Shown piece after piece: positions 29,523-38,891 of a DNA stretch of 64,000 nucleotides. This stretch comes from a virus (Duplodnaviria; Caudoviricetes), in the IMG/VR virus record IMGVR_UViG_3300032212_000003, positions 1 through 64,000 of that record. One strand, written 5' to 3'. The notes beneath the pieces are model-generated. The model did no database searches and was not told the DNA's origin. It worked only from the letters and a program-made list of their open reading frames with translations. The position numbers were made by a program, and so were the translations under genes. Within the stretch, counting starts at the first letter, position 1. Every line of letters begins with the position of its first letter.

Positions 29523-30038
29523 ATGCCAAGTTATGATAAAGACTCACAAGATAAGTTAGATACATGCATGTCACCTTTGCGTAATTTATTTAACTCAGTT
29601 ATAAAAGGTCGCGACAATACGATACTTTATAGCCTGAAAAGTAAAGAAGATCAAACTAAAGGGGTTAGAAATAACGCATCAAAATTTAAATTTCCTGATA
29701 GCCCCCACAATGGAATTTCTCCAAAGTTTGATAAGTCATCAGCTGTAGATGTGGCTCCCTATCCTATTCCAAATGGGTGGAGTGAGATAAATAGTATAGC
29801 TAAATCTAAAAATTGCATGGAATTTGAAGAACTTTTAAAGTTTTATGAATTTTCAGCTATAGTAAAATATGAGTGGGCCAAAATGCAGGCCAGTGACAAA
29901 AGCTGTAATAACTACGAATTAATTTGGGGCGGAGATTTTGAGACGGTAAATCTTAATGACCTAATTCATTATGAGTTAGTAAAAAAGAAAAAACCTAAGA
30001 AGGAACAAACTTCTAAAACTACCCAAACGGATGATTAA
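29523..30038 (+). CDS. endolysin, M15 (L-Ala-D-Glu) peptidase
   Basis: SPHN, AVDVAPYP, WGGDF and DLIHYEL zinc-ligand motifs. Confidence 0.8.
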   Translation: MPSYDKDSQDKLDTCMSPLRNLFNSVIKGRDNTILYSLKSKEDQTKGVRNNASKFKFPDSPHNGISPKFDKSSAVDVAPYPIPNGWSEINSIAKSKNCMEFEELLKFYEFSAIVKYEWAKMQASDKSCNNYELIWGGDFETVNLNDLIHYELVKKKKPKKEQTSKTTQTDD

Positions 30039-30096
30039 TTAAAACAACTAAGCAGGTAAACTGTAAAAGGTCCTGCGGTTAGTTGAGGATATAAAC

Positions 30097-30528
30097 ATGG
30101 CCGAAAACACCACTTACACAGAAGACGAAGTTACAACAGCCCTAAATATGCAGGAACTTAGGCTAGGGCTAAAGACTGTCACAACTACATTGACAGCGCT
30201 TCAATCACTCGTACAAAGCTCAGCAAAGAATGGAGAAGATGAATTCCGTAAAGTCTTAGACGAGATACGAAGTGAGGAACTTAAGAGAGTGGTGGATAAA
30301 AACGATATCCGTGAAGAAGTGTTTGAAAAGTTCTTGCAGAAAAAAGATCTTAAGACTTACCTCGCCATAATTATGGTGGTAGTAAGTTTAACCACCGGAG
30401 GAATTCAGTGGATTATGGGGACCATAACTGCAAAGGCCACTGACATTAAGATGGAAGCCAATAAGGATAAAGTCATAAAAGAATTAGTTAAAACTTTGGA
30501 AAACCATAAAGTAACATCAGAAAACTAA
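30097..30528 (+). CDS. membrane protein of lysis region
   Basis: Coiled coil plus one TM segment (YLAIIMVVVSLTTGGIQWIMG). Confidence 0.55.
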   Translation: MAENTTYTEDEVTTALNMQELRLGLKTVTTTLTALQSLVQSSAKNGEDEFRKVLDEIRSEELKRVVDKNDIREEVFEKFLQKKDLKTYLAIIMVVVSLTTGGIQWIMGTITAKATDIKMEANKDKVIKELVKTLENHKVTSEN

Positions 30529-30540
30529 GAGGTAATAATT

Positions 30541-30915
30541 GTGAGCGATGTCCATGATAAAGCAAGTTTAATAGATAAATTGATAGAATCTTACTCTCCA
30601 CTTCTTTTTGATGCTAACTTAGTTTTTGCAATATTACTTGCCTGGGCATTGACTGGATTCATAAAACAAGCCCCTTTCATATTGAGTACAAAGCCGGCAG
30701 CAAATCGTCGGTGGAGAGTTAGACTTATATCCGCCATCATAGGATTTCTTTGTGTAGTATTTATGAAGAGGGAGATGATATACAGCAACCCTGATCATGT
30801 TATAACCTTCGGAATATTAGTAGCCTTCACTCACGGGTTTATTTACAACTTAGTATACGCAGCAGTTAACCGGATATCTCCCACTACCGCTGAGATAATG
30901 AAAGGTAAAAAATAA
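30541..30915 (+). CDS. putative holin
   Basis: 124 aa, three hydrophobic segments, basic C-terminus, last gene of the late operon. Confidence 0.6.
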   Translation: MSDVHDKASLIDKLIESYSPLLFDANLVFAILLAWALTGFIKQAPFILSTKPAANRRWRVRLISAIIGFLCVVFMKREMIYSNPDHVITFGILVAFTHGFIYNLVYAAVNRISPTTAEIMKGKK

Positions 30916-31242
30916 CTACTCATCAAAGACGGACATAAAGTAAGAGCACCTGGTGCACCACTTCTCTCCCAGTTTGTTAACACTTAAGTGACCTTGACCA
31001 CAACCCTTGCATACCTCCTGAGTCTCATACCCTTGAGTATCTTCAAAGGGAATTTCTTTTAAATGAAATACTCCTCCAAATTGAATACCTAACCAAGCCA
31101 ATCTTATAAACAAACCCTTGTGAGTGAATGGCTTTTTACCGCTGTACACTGAAGGCCTAAAGTCTGAGTCCAACATCTCCTCAGAATTTTGTATTGTAGG
31201 TATTAGGTACCCTAACCATAAATATCTTAATAACGACGACAT
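30916..31242 (-). CDS. hypothetical protein with C-terminal zinc ribbon
   Basis: CKGC...CTRC; GGAG RBS. Confidence 0.55.
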   Translation of the reverse strand: MSSLLRYLWLGYLIPTIQNSEEMLDSDFRPSVYSGKKPFTHKGLFIRLAWLGIQFGGVFHLKEIPFEDTQGYETQEVCKGCGQGHLSVNKLGEKWCTRCSYFMSVFDE

Positions 31243-31244
31243 AA

Positions 31245-31583
31245 TTACTCCAAGTTTAATTCATATTGCTCTACTTCAAGTACACCAAACATATCTAAAT
31301 TTTCGTTTGGCATATCAGGCCAATAGTGGTTAGACTTGGCCTCATTTATTCTATAGGAAATTATTTCTAGATTACTCTCACAGTGTAGACCACATACGTA
31401 ATTATGGTTTATTGGTACTATATGGTCCACCACTACATTAAAACCTGCCTGATTCATGGAATCCCTTTTAAGGTACAGCTCACAAATTTTATCTATATTG
31501 GCCCACTTTGGAGTAGCCATCCTTATATTCCTATGCCTCCTAAGCTCCTTGCTTATAAATCCATCCTTGGCCCCGGCCTTCAT
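31245..31583 (-). CDS. HNH endonuclease
   Basis: ATPKWA, VVDHIVPI, VCGLHCESNL and KSN motifs. Confidence 0.85.
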   Translation of the reverse strand: MKAGAKDGFISKELRRHRNIRMATPKWANIDKICELYLKRDSMNQAGFNVVVDHIVPINHNYVCGLHCESNLEIISYRINEAKSNHYWPDMPNENLDMFGVLEVEQYELNLE

Positions 31584-31741
31584 TACTCTGGCACCTCTAT
31601 GGTTACCTTTATTTCATGGGGAGGAGTAGACGGCATATCTTCTTTATGAATATACAAAGAATCAACAGAACGTTGTGAGGACTTGTACATATGTTTGTTC
31701 TTTGTAGATTTTTCCAATTGCATGGTTACATTTAATTGCAT
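31583..31741 (-). CDS. hypothetical protein (52 aa, not in ORF track)
   Basis: GGAG RBS and ATG; MQLNVTMQLEKSTKNKHMY...IKVTIEVPE; stop overlaps the HNH start. Confidence 0.7.
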   Translation of the reverse strand: MQLNVTMQLEKSTKNKHMYKSSQRSVDSLYIHKEDMPSTPPHEIKVTIEVPE

Positions 31742-31754
31742 AATTTTCTCCAGT

Positions 31755-32105
31755 TTATTTGTCGGCTCTGTCGTTTGCCTGGTCGTTAGAGTAGCTACCT
31801 TTATGATAGCGCTTTGATAGTTTATTTATATTGTGCTGAATAACTTCCTGCCTGGATATTTCAAGACCCTGCCTGAGCCCTTCCATGTAAAACTCCAAAT
31901 CTCCCAGCTCCTCCACCACATTTACCCTATCAAGTGGCTTCTTGTATATCACATACTTTTTAATGGCGTCAAGAAGCTCTCCTGATTCACCAGATATACC
32001 CACCGCCATATGAAGAGCATGCGCTTCCTCGGCTGACATAGTATCTGCTATTTCCTGCCCGGGCTTAGCAAGTGCAGCTACCATCGATTTAAATTTACTT
32101 CTCAT
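31755..32105 (-). CDS. mazG: MazG-like nucleotide pyrophosphohydrolase
   Basis: GESGELLDAIKK and EELGDLEFY motifs. Confidence 0.85.
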   Translation of the reverse strand: MRSKFKSMVAALAKPGQEIADTMSAEEAHALHMAVGISGESGELLDAIKKYVIYKKPLDRVNVVEELGDLEFYMEGLRQGLEISRQEVIQHNINKLSKRYHKGSYSNDQANDRADK

Positions 32106-32344
32106 TGTTTTCTCCAGTTGGTTACATATTTGTGAACTACTTTGTGCAGTCCGTTGTTAAAAAATCTCCTCCAGAGATATCCTCTAACAAGAGATATTGC
32201 AGTGAACATGGCCGTTACCCAAAACCCCGATATTGCCGGAACACTTGGAAAAACGTACATCTCATACACTGTCCAAGAAATTAAAAATCCGGTAGTCATG
32301 TCTGCAAGTCTTTCTATTATAGATTCAACTCTGGATTGATTCAT
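32102..32344 (-). CDS. small membrane protein
   Basis: 80 aa, two TM segments, ends RGYLWRRFFN; a family common beside phage thyA genes. Confidence 0.65.
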   Translation of the reverse strand: MNQSRVESIIERLADMTTGFLISWTVYEMYVFPSVPAISGFWVTAMFTAISLVRGYLWRRFFNNGLHKVVHKYVTNWRKQ

Positions 32345-32346
32345 TT

Positions 32347-33210
32347 TTATACTGCCATTTCTAATTTAATGGCGGGATGAGACTCATATCCGTACACTGC
32401 AAAGTCATCCACCGTTACCCAAGTTTCTAAATCCTCTAATGTTTTTATGTCAGGATTTATATTCATGGTAGGAAGTTTCATAGGCTCTCTTTTAAGCATC
32501 TCATGAACACCCATTAAATGATTTTCATATATATGAACATCTGTAAGGAAATGATTAAAAACACCTGCCTTAAGTCCTGTGATTTGTGCCATTACCATCA
32601 GTAGCCATGAATAGCCTACAATATTGAATGGTACACCCAATGCCATATCACAACTTCTTTGATACATGGTTAAATGTAAATAACCACCTTGAATACTAAA
32701 TTGATAAAGTAGATGACATGGAGGCAACGACATCTTATCTATATCTCCAGGATTCCAATGAGTTACAATTTCACGGCGATTATCCTTACCTGCTTTGAGA
32801 TCTTCATATACATTTTTTAATTGATCGATGGAGTTAGTTATATCATCCATAGAATTAAACCAAGGTTGCTCCCAATCTCTTGCCTGAACCCCGTAAATTC
32901 TACCCAGGTCATCTAGACCTTCACGATTAGGGTTACTCAACCATTGCTTATTTTCATTTGCATTCTGGTCCCATACATCGCAACCCAACTTACGAAAATC
33001 TTCAGCATTGTCATAACCACGTAAGAACCCAAGCATTTCAGCTACGGCCTTTTTCCAGTAAGTCTTTTTGAGTGTGACCATAGGGAAGCCCTTAGCCATA
33101 TCAAACTGCATGTGTGCACCTATGATACCGATGGTGTCAACACCTGTTCGGTTATTTTTTCTGACGCCATTATCTAGTGTCTTTTTAAGCAAGTTTTTGT
33201 ATTGTTTCAT
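32347..33210 (-). CDS. thyA: thymidylate synthase
   Basis: RTG, LPPCH, YQRSCD.LGVPFN and HIYENH motifs; Vibrio/Pasteurella-type insert. Confidence 0.97.
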   Translation of the reverse strand: MKQYKNLLKKTLDNGVRKNNRTGVDTIGIIGAHMQFDMAKGFPMVTLKKTYWKKAVAEMLGFLRGYDNAEDFRKLGCDVWDQNANENKQWLSNPNREGLDDLGRIYGVQARDWEQPWFNSMDDITNSIDQLKNVYEDLKAGKDNRREIVTHWNPGDIDKMSLPPCHLLYQFSIQGGYLHLTMYQRSCDMALGVPFNIVGYSWLLMVMAQITGLKAGVFNHFLTDVHIYENHLMGVHEMLKREPMKLPTMNINPDIKTLEDLETWVTVDDFAVYGYESHPAIKLEMAV

Positions 33211-33242
33211 ATTACCTTTCCTATTTTATATTTTATTTAAGT

Positions 33243-33455
33243 TTAAAGTTCTACAGTAACACTGGCACCTACTACTACCTTTTCTTTAGTTCCTATAAGG
33301 CTAGTTTTATCAGCTAGATGTATAGTAATGTCACTAGGATATATTCCAGTTTCAGAGTTAAATTTATCAAATTCTATAGATAATAACTTTGCTATGTTAA
33401 TCTCTAAAATAAATTTTCGTTCTCTTATTTCTTGAATATTCATATCAATATCCAA
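33243..33455 (-). CDS. hypothetical protein
   Basis: 70 aa in operon context. Confidence 0.5.
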   Translation of the reverse strand: MDIDMNIQEIRERKFILEINIAKLLSIEFDKFNSETGIYPSDITIHLADKTSLIGTKEKVVVGASVTVEL

Positions 33456-33804
33456 GTCTATGTCTTAAATCTGTAAGAACTTCAGTCATAACAGGAGATA
33501 ACATTCCAGATATAATAACTCCAGAAGAAGCCCCTATAAATTTCTGCAATTCTTCACTTACATAAGCCTGAGATTCTTCTTTCCATTGACGACTAGAAGT
33601 TATATCATCAATAAAAGACTTTGCAACATTCTTATACTCTTCAGTAATAAGTTCCATTACAATTTTAGGCGCTACCTCATTTTTAAATTTATGTAGCTGG
33701 GCGTCTACAATTTTATGCCACTCCCCTTCCGGCATTAAGTCTACCAACTCCGAGCCAACACGCTCAGCTATTCTTTCGTTTAGTGTTTGTAATTCTGAAC
33801 TCAT
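33445..33804 (-). CDS. hypothetical protein
   Basis: 119 aa, overlapping start/stop with neighbours. Confidence 0.6.
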   Translation of the reverse strand: MSSELQTLNERIAERVGSELVDLMPEGEWHKIVDAQLHKFKNEVAPKIVMELITEEYKNVAKSFIDDITSSRQWKEESQAYVSEELQKFIGASSGVIISGMLSPVMTEVLTDLRHRLGY

Positions 33805-34115
33805 AAAAATTCTCCCATGTTTACTATACCGTATGTAACTTGTTTTTTGTCTATGTCCTGAACTCCTACCATTACAACTCCTTTAGGTAATTTCATATTT
33901 ATTAAATTATCCATTACCTGTGACACCGCCTGATCTGAATTAAATGTACCAAACTCTTGTTGAAGTTCTTCCAGCTTCTCGATGTAACTATCATCTAAAT
34001 AATCCACAGTTATAGACCTCATAAATACATAATATGATTTGGAATCATCAAGATTAAGCTGTTTTACAATTGAGTTTGTTTCTTCTGGTGTTGCAAGTTC
34101 CACTATACTTCTCAT
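33801..34115 (-). CDS. hypothetical protein
   Basis: 104 aa, GGAG RBS. Confidence 0.6.
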   Translation of the reverse strand: MRSIVELATPEETNSIVKQLNLDDSKSYYVFMRSITVDYLDDSYIEKLEELQQEFGTFNSDQAVSQVMDNLINMKLPKGVVMVGVQDIDKKQVTYGIVNMGEFL

Positions 34116-34131
34116 AGTATATCTCCAGTTT

Positions 34132-35046
34132 TTATTGTGCTTTTATATCATCCAACAAAGATCTTACAGATTCCCAGTTATCATATACGCTGGTTAGAAC
34201 TTCTCTGGTCTCATTTTGAAGTTTCATTACATCTTCCCACATATCGTAATCAATATATTGCTCTATTTCTTGAGTAATTAATTTTTCTAATACTGACGGT
34301 TCTAGCGCGTCAAGTTCCCATGAACTACGGCCATATTTTTTAATGTATTCTTTTGCTCTACTGTCCTTTAGCTTTGCAGGATTAGTTGGTGGACGGTATT
34401 GTTCTACTTGATCCATATTAAGAGCAATTCGTGAAATTTCAACTCCGCTTCCATCAGTAAACAAATCGATACGGTCTATATTGTCACGGGTCATATCTAT
34501 GCCACTAGGATCATGGTCACCTAAATGAATTAAACGACAGTGCTTACCTTCATCTAATTTTTCTTGAAAACGTTGACCTGCCCTCCATGCTTCTGACGCG
34601 GATAAGTAACCCTTACATGCCAGGTGAGGAACTAATAACGGACCACAAGCACGTTCTACTACATTTCCTAATGCTTCTTTTTCTACCCACACTTCTACAT
34701 AAGTGTCTTGTCGTGCCCATTGATCGTAGCGAATGAACCGCGGTAAGTCTTTAACTGGACTGGTCTCATCTTCGTCATACCAAAAACTATTATGCTGGCG
34801 GTTGCGGTCCTCTATTGCCTGCCATGATATCAAACCGGCTAAACGTGCTTTGGTAATTACACTACCTAGATTTTTATAGGATCGTTCAGTGTTCTCTATT
34901 AAGTCCCTAGCAACAAATTGATAATATAGTTGTCGTAACGTTAACGTATAACCTGCAGAATAATATTCGTCGATAATATCATTAGCTTTGTCAACTAACT
35001 GCAATGAGGCTTGTTTTGGATTCCAGTTTATATATTGTATTTTCAT
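34132..35046 (-). CDS. DNA topoisomerase VI subunit A / Spo11-like toprim protein (Mini-A-like)
   Basis: TLRQLYY (catalytic Tyr motif), VWVEKEA (toprim Glu), GDHDPSG (DxD), WELDALEP. Confidence 0.8.
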   Translation of the reverse strand: MKIQYINWNPKQASLQLVDKANDIIDEYYSAGYTLTLRQLYYQFVARDLIENTERSYKNLGSVITKARLAGLISWQAIEDRNRQHNSFWYDEDETSPVKDLPRFIRYDQWARQDTYVEVWVEKEALGNVVERACGPLLVPHLACKGYLSASEAWRAGQRFQEKLDEGKHCRLIHLGDHDPSGIDMTRDNIDRIDLFTDGSGVEISRIALNMDQVEQYRPPTNPAKLKDSRAKEYIKKYGRSSWELDALEPSVLEKLITQEIEQYIDYDMWEDVMKLQNETREVLTSVYDNWESVRSLLDDIKAQ

Positions 35047-35315
35047 TTCTTTACTTCCACTATTATTTTAACTTCTCCGTATTTTAATTCAGTAACTAAT
35101 TTTTTGTCTTTAACTAAGATTTTCCCATCCTTGTCTTTAACATAAACTAAAATAGTACCTTCGTCAGAGTCAGCGGTTATAACTCCAGTTATAGGCTCCC
35201 CATTAAATTCTATACGACAAAGATTACTATAATGACAATAGTCTTTATCGTTAGGGTCTCCTGAAACTCTGGTAACTATATTAGGCGGCATCATTTTGGT
35301 ATCTTTGCTATTCAC
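35043..35315 (-). CDS. hypothetical protein
   Basis: 90 aa, coupled to both neighbours. Confidence 0.6.
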   Translation of the reverse strand: MNSKDTKMMPPNIVTRVSGDPNDKDYCHYSNLCRIEFNGEPITGVITADSDEGTILVYVKDKDGKILVKDKKLVTELKYGEVKIIVEVKK

Positions 35316-37486
35316 TACATTTCTCCTAAATCAATTACATTTCCAGCAGATAATTCTTCCAAGTCAGAATGGGTGCTGTATATTATTTGCATACCTGTAC
35401 CCATCAAAGTACTTACCAATCGAGTAGAGTTTTCCACCGACATATCAGAGCTGGGCTCGTCAAGTACCATGAAAGAACTGCTTCCATATAGAGCTTTTGC
35501 TAGTCCTATCCTTACACCTACTCCCATGAAAGATTTCTGAGCACCAGAGGCGCAGGTCACGGCCCGGTCAACACCGTTCTCAATAAACCTGAACTTACCC
35601 TTCTGGTCACGAATCACTCCCTCTATCTCATCGTTGGTGCAAGTCCTACAGAAGGTTGAAGCGTAGCCAAGAATTCGGTCCCAGATAGATTTAAGAAACC
35701 TGCTTCGTGAATCTCTAAGGTACTTAACCAGCTCAGTGGTAGTCGCTAAAGTTTTCTGATTATTTAAAAGGGATTCATTTTCTTTTGAAAACCTTTCAAT
35801 CTTTTCAACGATGGAATTATATTCTGCCAGGTCAGACGACATACTAATCTCAGCATTTGAAAGTTTGTTTCTTATGTCGGTTACAGTGTCCTGAACTGCA
35901 TAGGCGTCCTTGTCTACTTTATCAAGTTCTATCTTAAGTTCCGACTCGTCAATTACCTTTTCAGATATGGCCGATATCTTAGTAGTAAGGTTGGACTTGT
36001 CCTCAACCGCCTTATCTAATTTTCTTTTTGCGTCCAAGTACTCAGTCATTAATGTGGCGGCATTTTGTTTTTTAGCCCTAAGGTCATCAACCTCTGACTG
36101 GGATTCTGCTATGTCCTTTTCAAGTTCCTTAATGATCTCCTGCGTAGGAAGCTCTTTTTCTACCCTTTCCATTATAAGCAGCATAGTTTCCTTGGTATCC
36201 TCTACTCCTAAACTTTCAGGTGGGCATTTTTCAGCAGACTGTAACTGAGAAAATAATTTCTGAACTTCTTTTTTAAGTCCAGAATGACGATCTTCTACAA
36301 CTTGAAGTTCCACTTTTAGGTTTTTTATATTACCTTCTACCTTAGCTAAAATTTCTGAGTACTCTTCTTCACTTCCAAAGGGACGGTTGCAAGCGGTGCA
36401 AGTACTTTCTGGCAATACTATTTCTTTTATTTGTGTATCTAAAACTAAAAACTCTTCTCTGCATTTTTCAGTTTCTGCTATCTTTTCGTCGTAGGACTTT
36501 TGTAACTTTGCGGTGAGTTCTTTCCATTTCAACTCTTCCTTAAGTTGTACTTCGTAGTCTTCAGTTAGCCATCCCTCTGCCTTATTATAGTCTTCCAGAT
36601 CTTGAATCATTGTAGACAGGTCGGATTTAGCTTCTAAAATAAGTTCTGATATCTCGTTTATTTCAGAGGTATATTCTGTAGGATCTTTAGGCTTAACCTT
36701 AGCCTTATCTTCTACTAGAGTTATGGTATTTACAGCAGTAGCTAACTCGACCTTGCATTGATTAACGACTGTAGTTGCCTGCTTACTTTTTCTTATTTTT
36801 TCTTTAAGTGATTCTTTAGTATTTACCAGCTCTATAAGATTTGCTGTGGATACAGAATTCTTTTCTTTAAGGTCTTTAATAACTAACTTAAGATTCTCTA
36901 CTTTTGCATTTAGAATTATTGATTCACTCTTTAATTCGGTAGTAGGTAAAAGCTCTTTACCTTCAACCTTACCTCTAAGCATAGTAGCATCGGTGCCGGC
37001 CAGTTTTACAACCTTATCAATGACAGTTACATCCGCTATAAGCTCTACCATCTTTTGAAGTTCCGCAGCCCCTATGGTTAGAAGCCCTGCAGTTTCGCCC
37101 TGATCTGAAAAGTGCAGCATGTTGTAATTGGCTACCGATATTCCAAACTCTTGATCAAGGTAGGCATTGCAAGCGGTATGGCCTGTAGCCAATACTTTGT
37201 CTTTAGAGTATATATTGCAATCGTTTACAGATCTTACGATCTTTAGGTCTCCTAATTTTACACATACCTCAGGTTTTCCTTTTACGTCCCAAGTTGCTAT
37301 GTCATCTTTACCGCCTGGTATTCCCTGAATACCTTGAAGAGCAAATTTAATAGCATTAAGGGTGGTAGATTTTCCAGACCAGTTAGGGCCGCGAAGGACA
37401 TTTAGACCAGATCCAAATTTAACTTCTTTGTCTTGTATCTTTTTAAAGTTATGAGTAACTAATTCACTTAACATCTTAGTCTCCAA
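35315..37486 (-). CDS. sbcC: SbcC/Rad50-like SMC ATPase
   Basis: Walker A GPNWSGKST, coiled coils with CTAC zinc hook, signature ASGAQ, Walker B MVLDEPS, H-loop. Confidence 0.9.
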   Translation of the reverse strand: METKMLSELVTHNFKKIQDKEVKFGSGLNVLRGPNWSGKSTTLNAIKFALQGIQGIPGGKDDIATWDVKGKPEVCVKLGDLKIVRSVNDCNIYSKDKVLATGHTACNAYLDQEFGISVANYNMLHFSDQGETAGLLTIGAAELQKMVELIADVTVIDKVVKLAGTDATMLRGKVEGKELLPTTELKSESIILNAKVENLKLVIKDLKEKNSVSTANLIELVNTKESLKEKIRKSKQATTVVNQCKVELATAVNTITLVEDKAKVKPKDPTEYTSEINEISELILEAKSDLSTMIQDLEDYNKAEGWLTEDYEVQLKEELKWKELTAKLQKSYDEKIAETEKCREEFLVLDTQIKEIVLPESTCTACNRPFGSEEEYSEILAKVEGNIKNLKVELQVVEDRHSGLKKEVQKLFSQLQSAEKCPPESLGVEDTKETMLLIMERVEKELPTQEIIKELEKDIAESQSEVDDLRAKKQNAATLMTEYLDAKRKLDKAVEDKSNLTTKISAISEKVIDESELKIELDKVDKDAYAVQDTVTDIRNKLSNAEISMSSDLAEYNSIVEKIERFSKENESLLNNQKTLATTTELVKYLRDSRSRFLKSIWDRILGYASTFCRTCTNDEIEGVIRDQKGKFRFIENGVDRAVTCASGAQKSFMGVGVRIGLAKALYGSSSFMVLDEPSSDMSVENSTRLVSTLMGTGMQIIYSTHSDLEELSAGNVIDLGEM

Positions 37487-37688
37487 TTTTTAACACGTAA
37501 GTTATATAAGGCCCATCTCTGGTAACTGAAACTAAAGTCTTATCTGAGCAATCTTCTACACCTACATCAGGAACTATCTTATAGGCGTTAACTAAAGTAA
37601 TAATAGATGACAGCAGTACTAAGCCAATTGCCACTCCGGTTAGAAAGGTACTACTAGAATCTATCATTTTATTGTGTTCGTATTTCAT
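37476..37688 (-). CDS. small membrane protein
   Basis: 70 aa, one TM segment; sits between sbcD and sbcC. Confidence 0.55.
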   Translation of the reverse strand: MKYEHNKMIDSSSTFLTGVAIGLVLLSSIITLVNAYKIVPDVGVEDCSDKTLVSVTRDGPYITYVLKIGD

Positions 37689-37697
37689 TTTAATTCC

Positions 37698-38762
37698 TTA
37701 TAATTTACCTAAGTAACTTTCCCATAATTTTTTCATATCTTCATCGTCTTTCAACTCTTCAGTTATATGGGCTGGTAAATCATCTATTTCAGTTAAGCCA
37801 ATCTCTTCAATATCATCTTGTTCAATTGGCTTTAAATTATTTCTAATCATATAAGCTTGAGGATTGGCTTCCCAAACCTTTACCATAAAGTCAGCGACAC
37901 CTGCATATTCTTCAACGCTAAGGGTACCTTGTACTTCAATAAACTGAGCCTCAGTCTTAAAGTCATTTACTTCTTCAGGTAGTGAGTTAAAAGAAAGTAA
38001 TTTAAATCCTGTCTCTTCTTCCCAGATAAGTTCCTTTTGTATTTCATCGTGCTCATCTATATACCATACAAACTTATCGCTGATATCAGAGAATGAAGTA
38101 GGGTGGGTATTGCCTACTATTATCAATCTTCCATCTTTAAGTACTCGTGACTCGTGCTCATGACCAATAAATACATAATCGAAACGTTCCAGTAATTGGT
38201 CTGCAGCTTCTGAAGTAAGGTTAAGTGAAATTTCATTGTCAGCAAATCCGCACTCGTAATTGCAATGTAAAATAACTATCTCAAGTGTATCCTCTTCAGC
38301 TGGCTCATCTAGCAAAATTCCAATGGTTTCATCGAATAAAGATTGGCTAGATTGGTGAGGGACTGAAAATACCCGGCCAGCGTTGTTTTTATTAAATTTA
38401 TTATTAAAGTACAAAGACTGCCCCACACAAGGTGTCAGTATATTGCCTTTTGAACGTAACGCTTCGTTAACTACTTCAAGTGATGACACAGTACCTTCTC
38501 TATTGGGGACATCGTGATTACCTCCCAATACTAAATCACACTGACTGGCTACCTTATAACCTTGCATTATAGTAACTTCATCATTGTGAGACTTGTCAAA
38601 CAGATCTCCAAGGCAAAGAGTTTGTCCAGCAGTTATACTACATGCTACCTGATCAGCCGCAGAGTACAGAGCCATCTTCAAAGCAGCCCTACTCTTAGTT
38701 GTTGTATGTGCTCTTCTGTCTAATCCAATATGGGGATCAGAGAACAATCCAAATTTATGCAT
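37698..38762 (-). CDS. sbcD: SbcD/Mre11-like metallophosphoesterase nuclease
   Basis: SDPH, GDLFD, GNHD and GHEH motifs. Confidence 0.9.
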   Translation of the reverse strand: MHKFGLFSDPHIGLDRRAHTTTKSRAALKMALYSAADQVACSITAGQTLCLGDLFDKSHNDEVTIMQGYKVASQCDLVLGGNHDVPNREGTVSSLEVVNEALRSKGNILTPCVGQSLYFNNKFNKNNAGRVFSVPHQSSQSLFDETIGILLDEPAEEDTLEIVILHCNYECGFADNEISLNLTSEAADQLLERFDYVFIGHEHESRVLKDGRLIIVGNTHPTSFSDISDKFVWYIDEHDEIQKELIWEEETGFKLLSFNSLPEEVNDFKTEAQFIEVQGTLSVEEYAGVADFMVKVWEANPQAYMIRNNLKPIEQDDIEEIGLTEIDDLPAHITEELKDDEDMKKLWESYLGKL

Positions 38763-38831
38763 TTAATTTCTCCTGAAATATGGCTGAGTCTTTATTAACT
38801 CAATAGTAATTTCTTTCTTTTCTTTCTTTTC

Positions 38832-38848
38832 TTAGGACCGCGTCCGAA
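38832..38848. promoter_or_regulatory. intergenic palindrome, variant copy (TTAGGAC-CGC-GTCCGAA)
   Basis: 16 of 17 bases identical to the copy at 61264. Confidence 0.6.
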
Positions 38849-38891
38849 TATTTTTCTGAAACTCCAGTCCCACCATAACCCTGCTTGGTAA

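Noticed and set aside
34132-38762. Calling the SMC plus toprim cluster a Wadjet defence system
   Set aside because: No JetA or JetB-like genes; the SMC has a Rad50 zinc hook and an SbcD partner.
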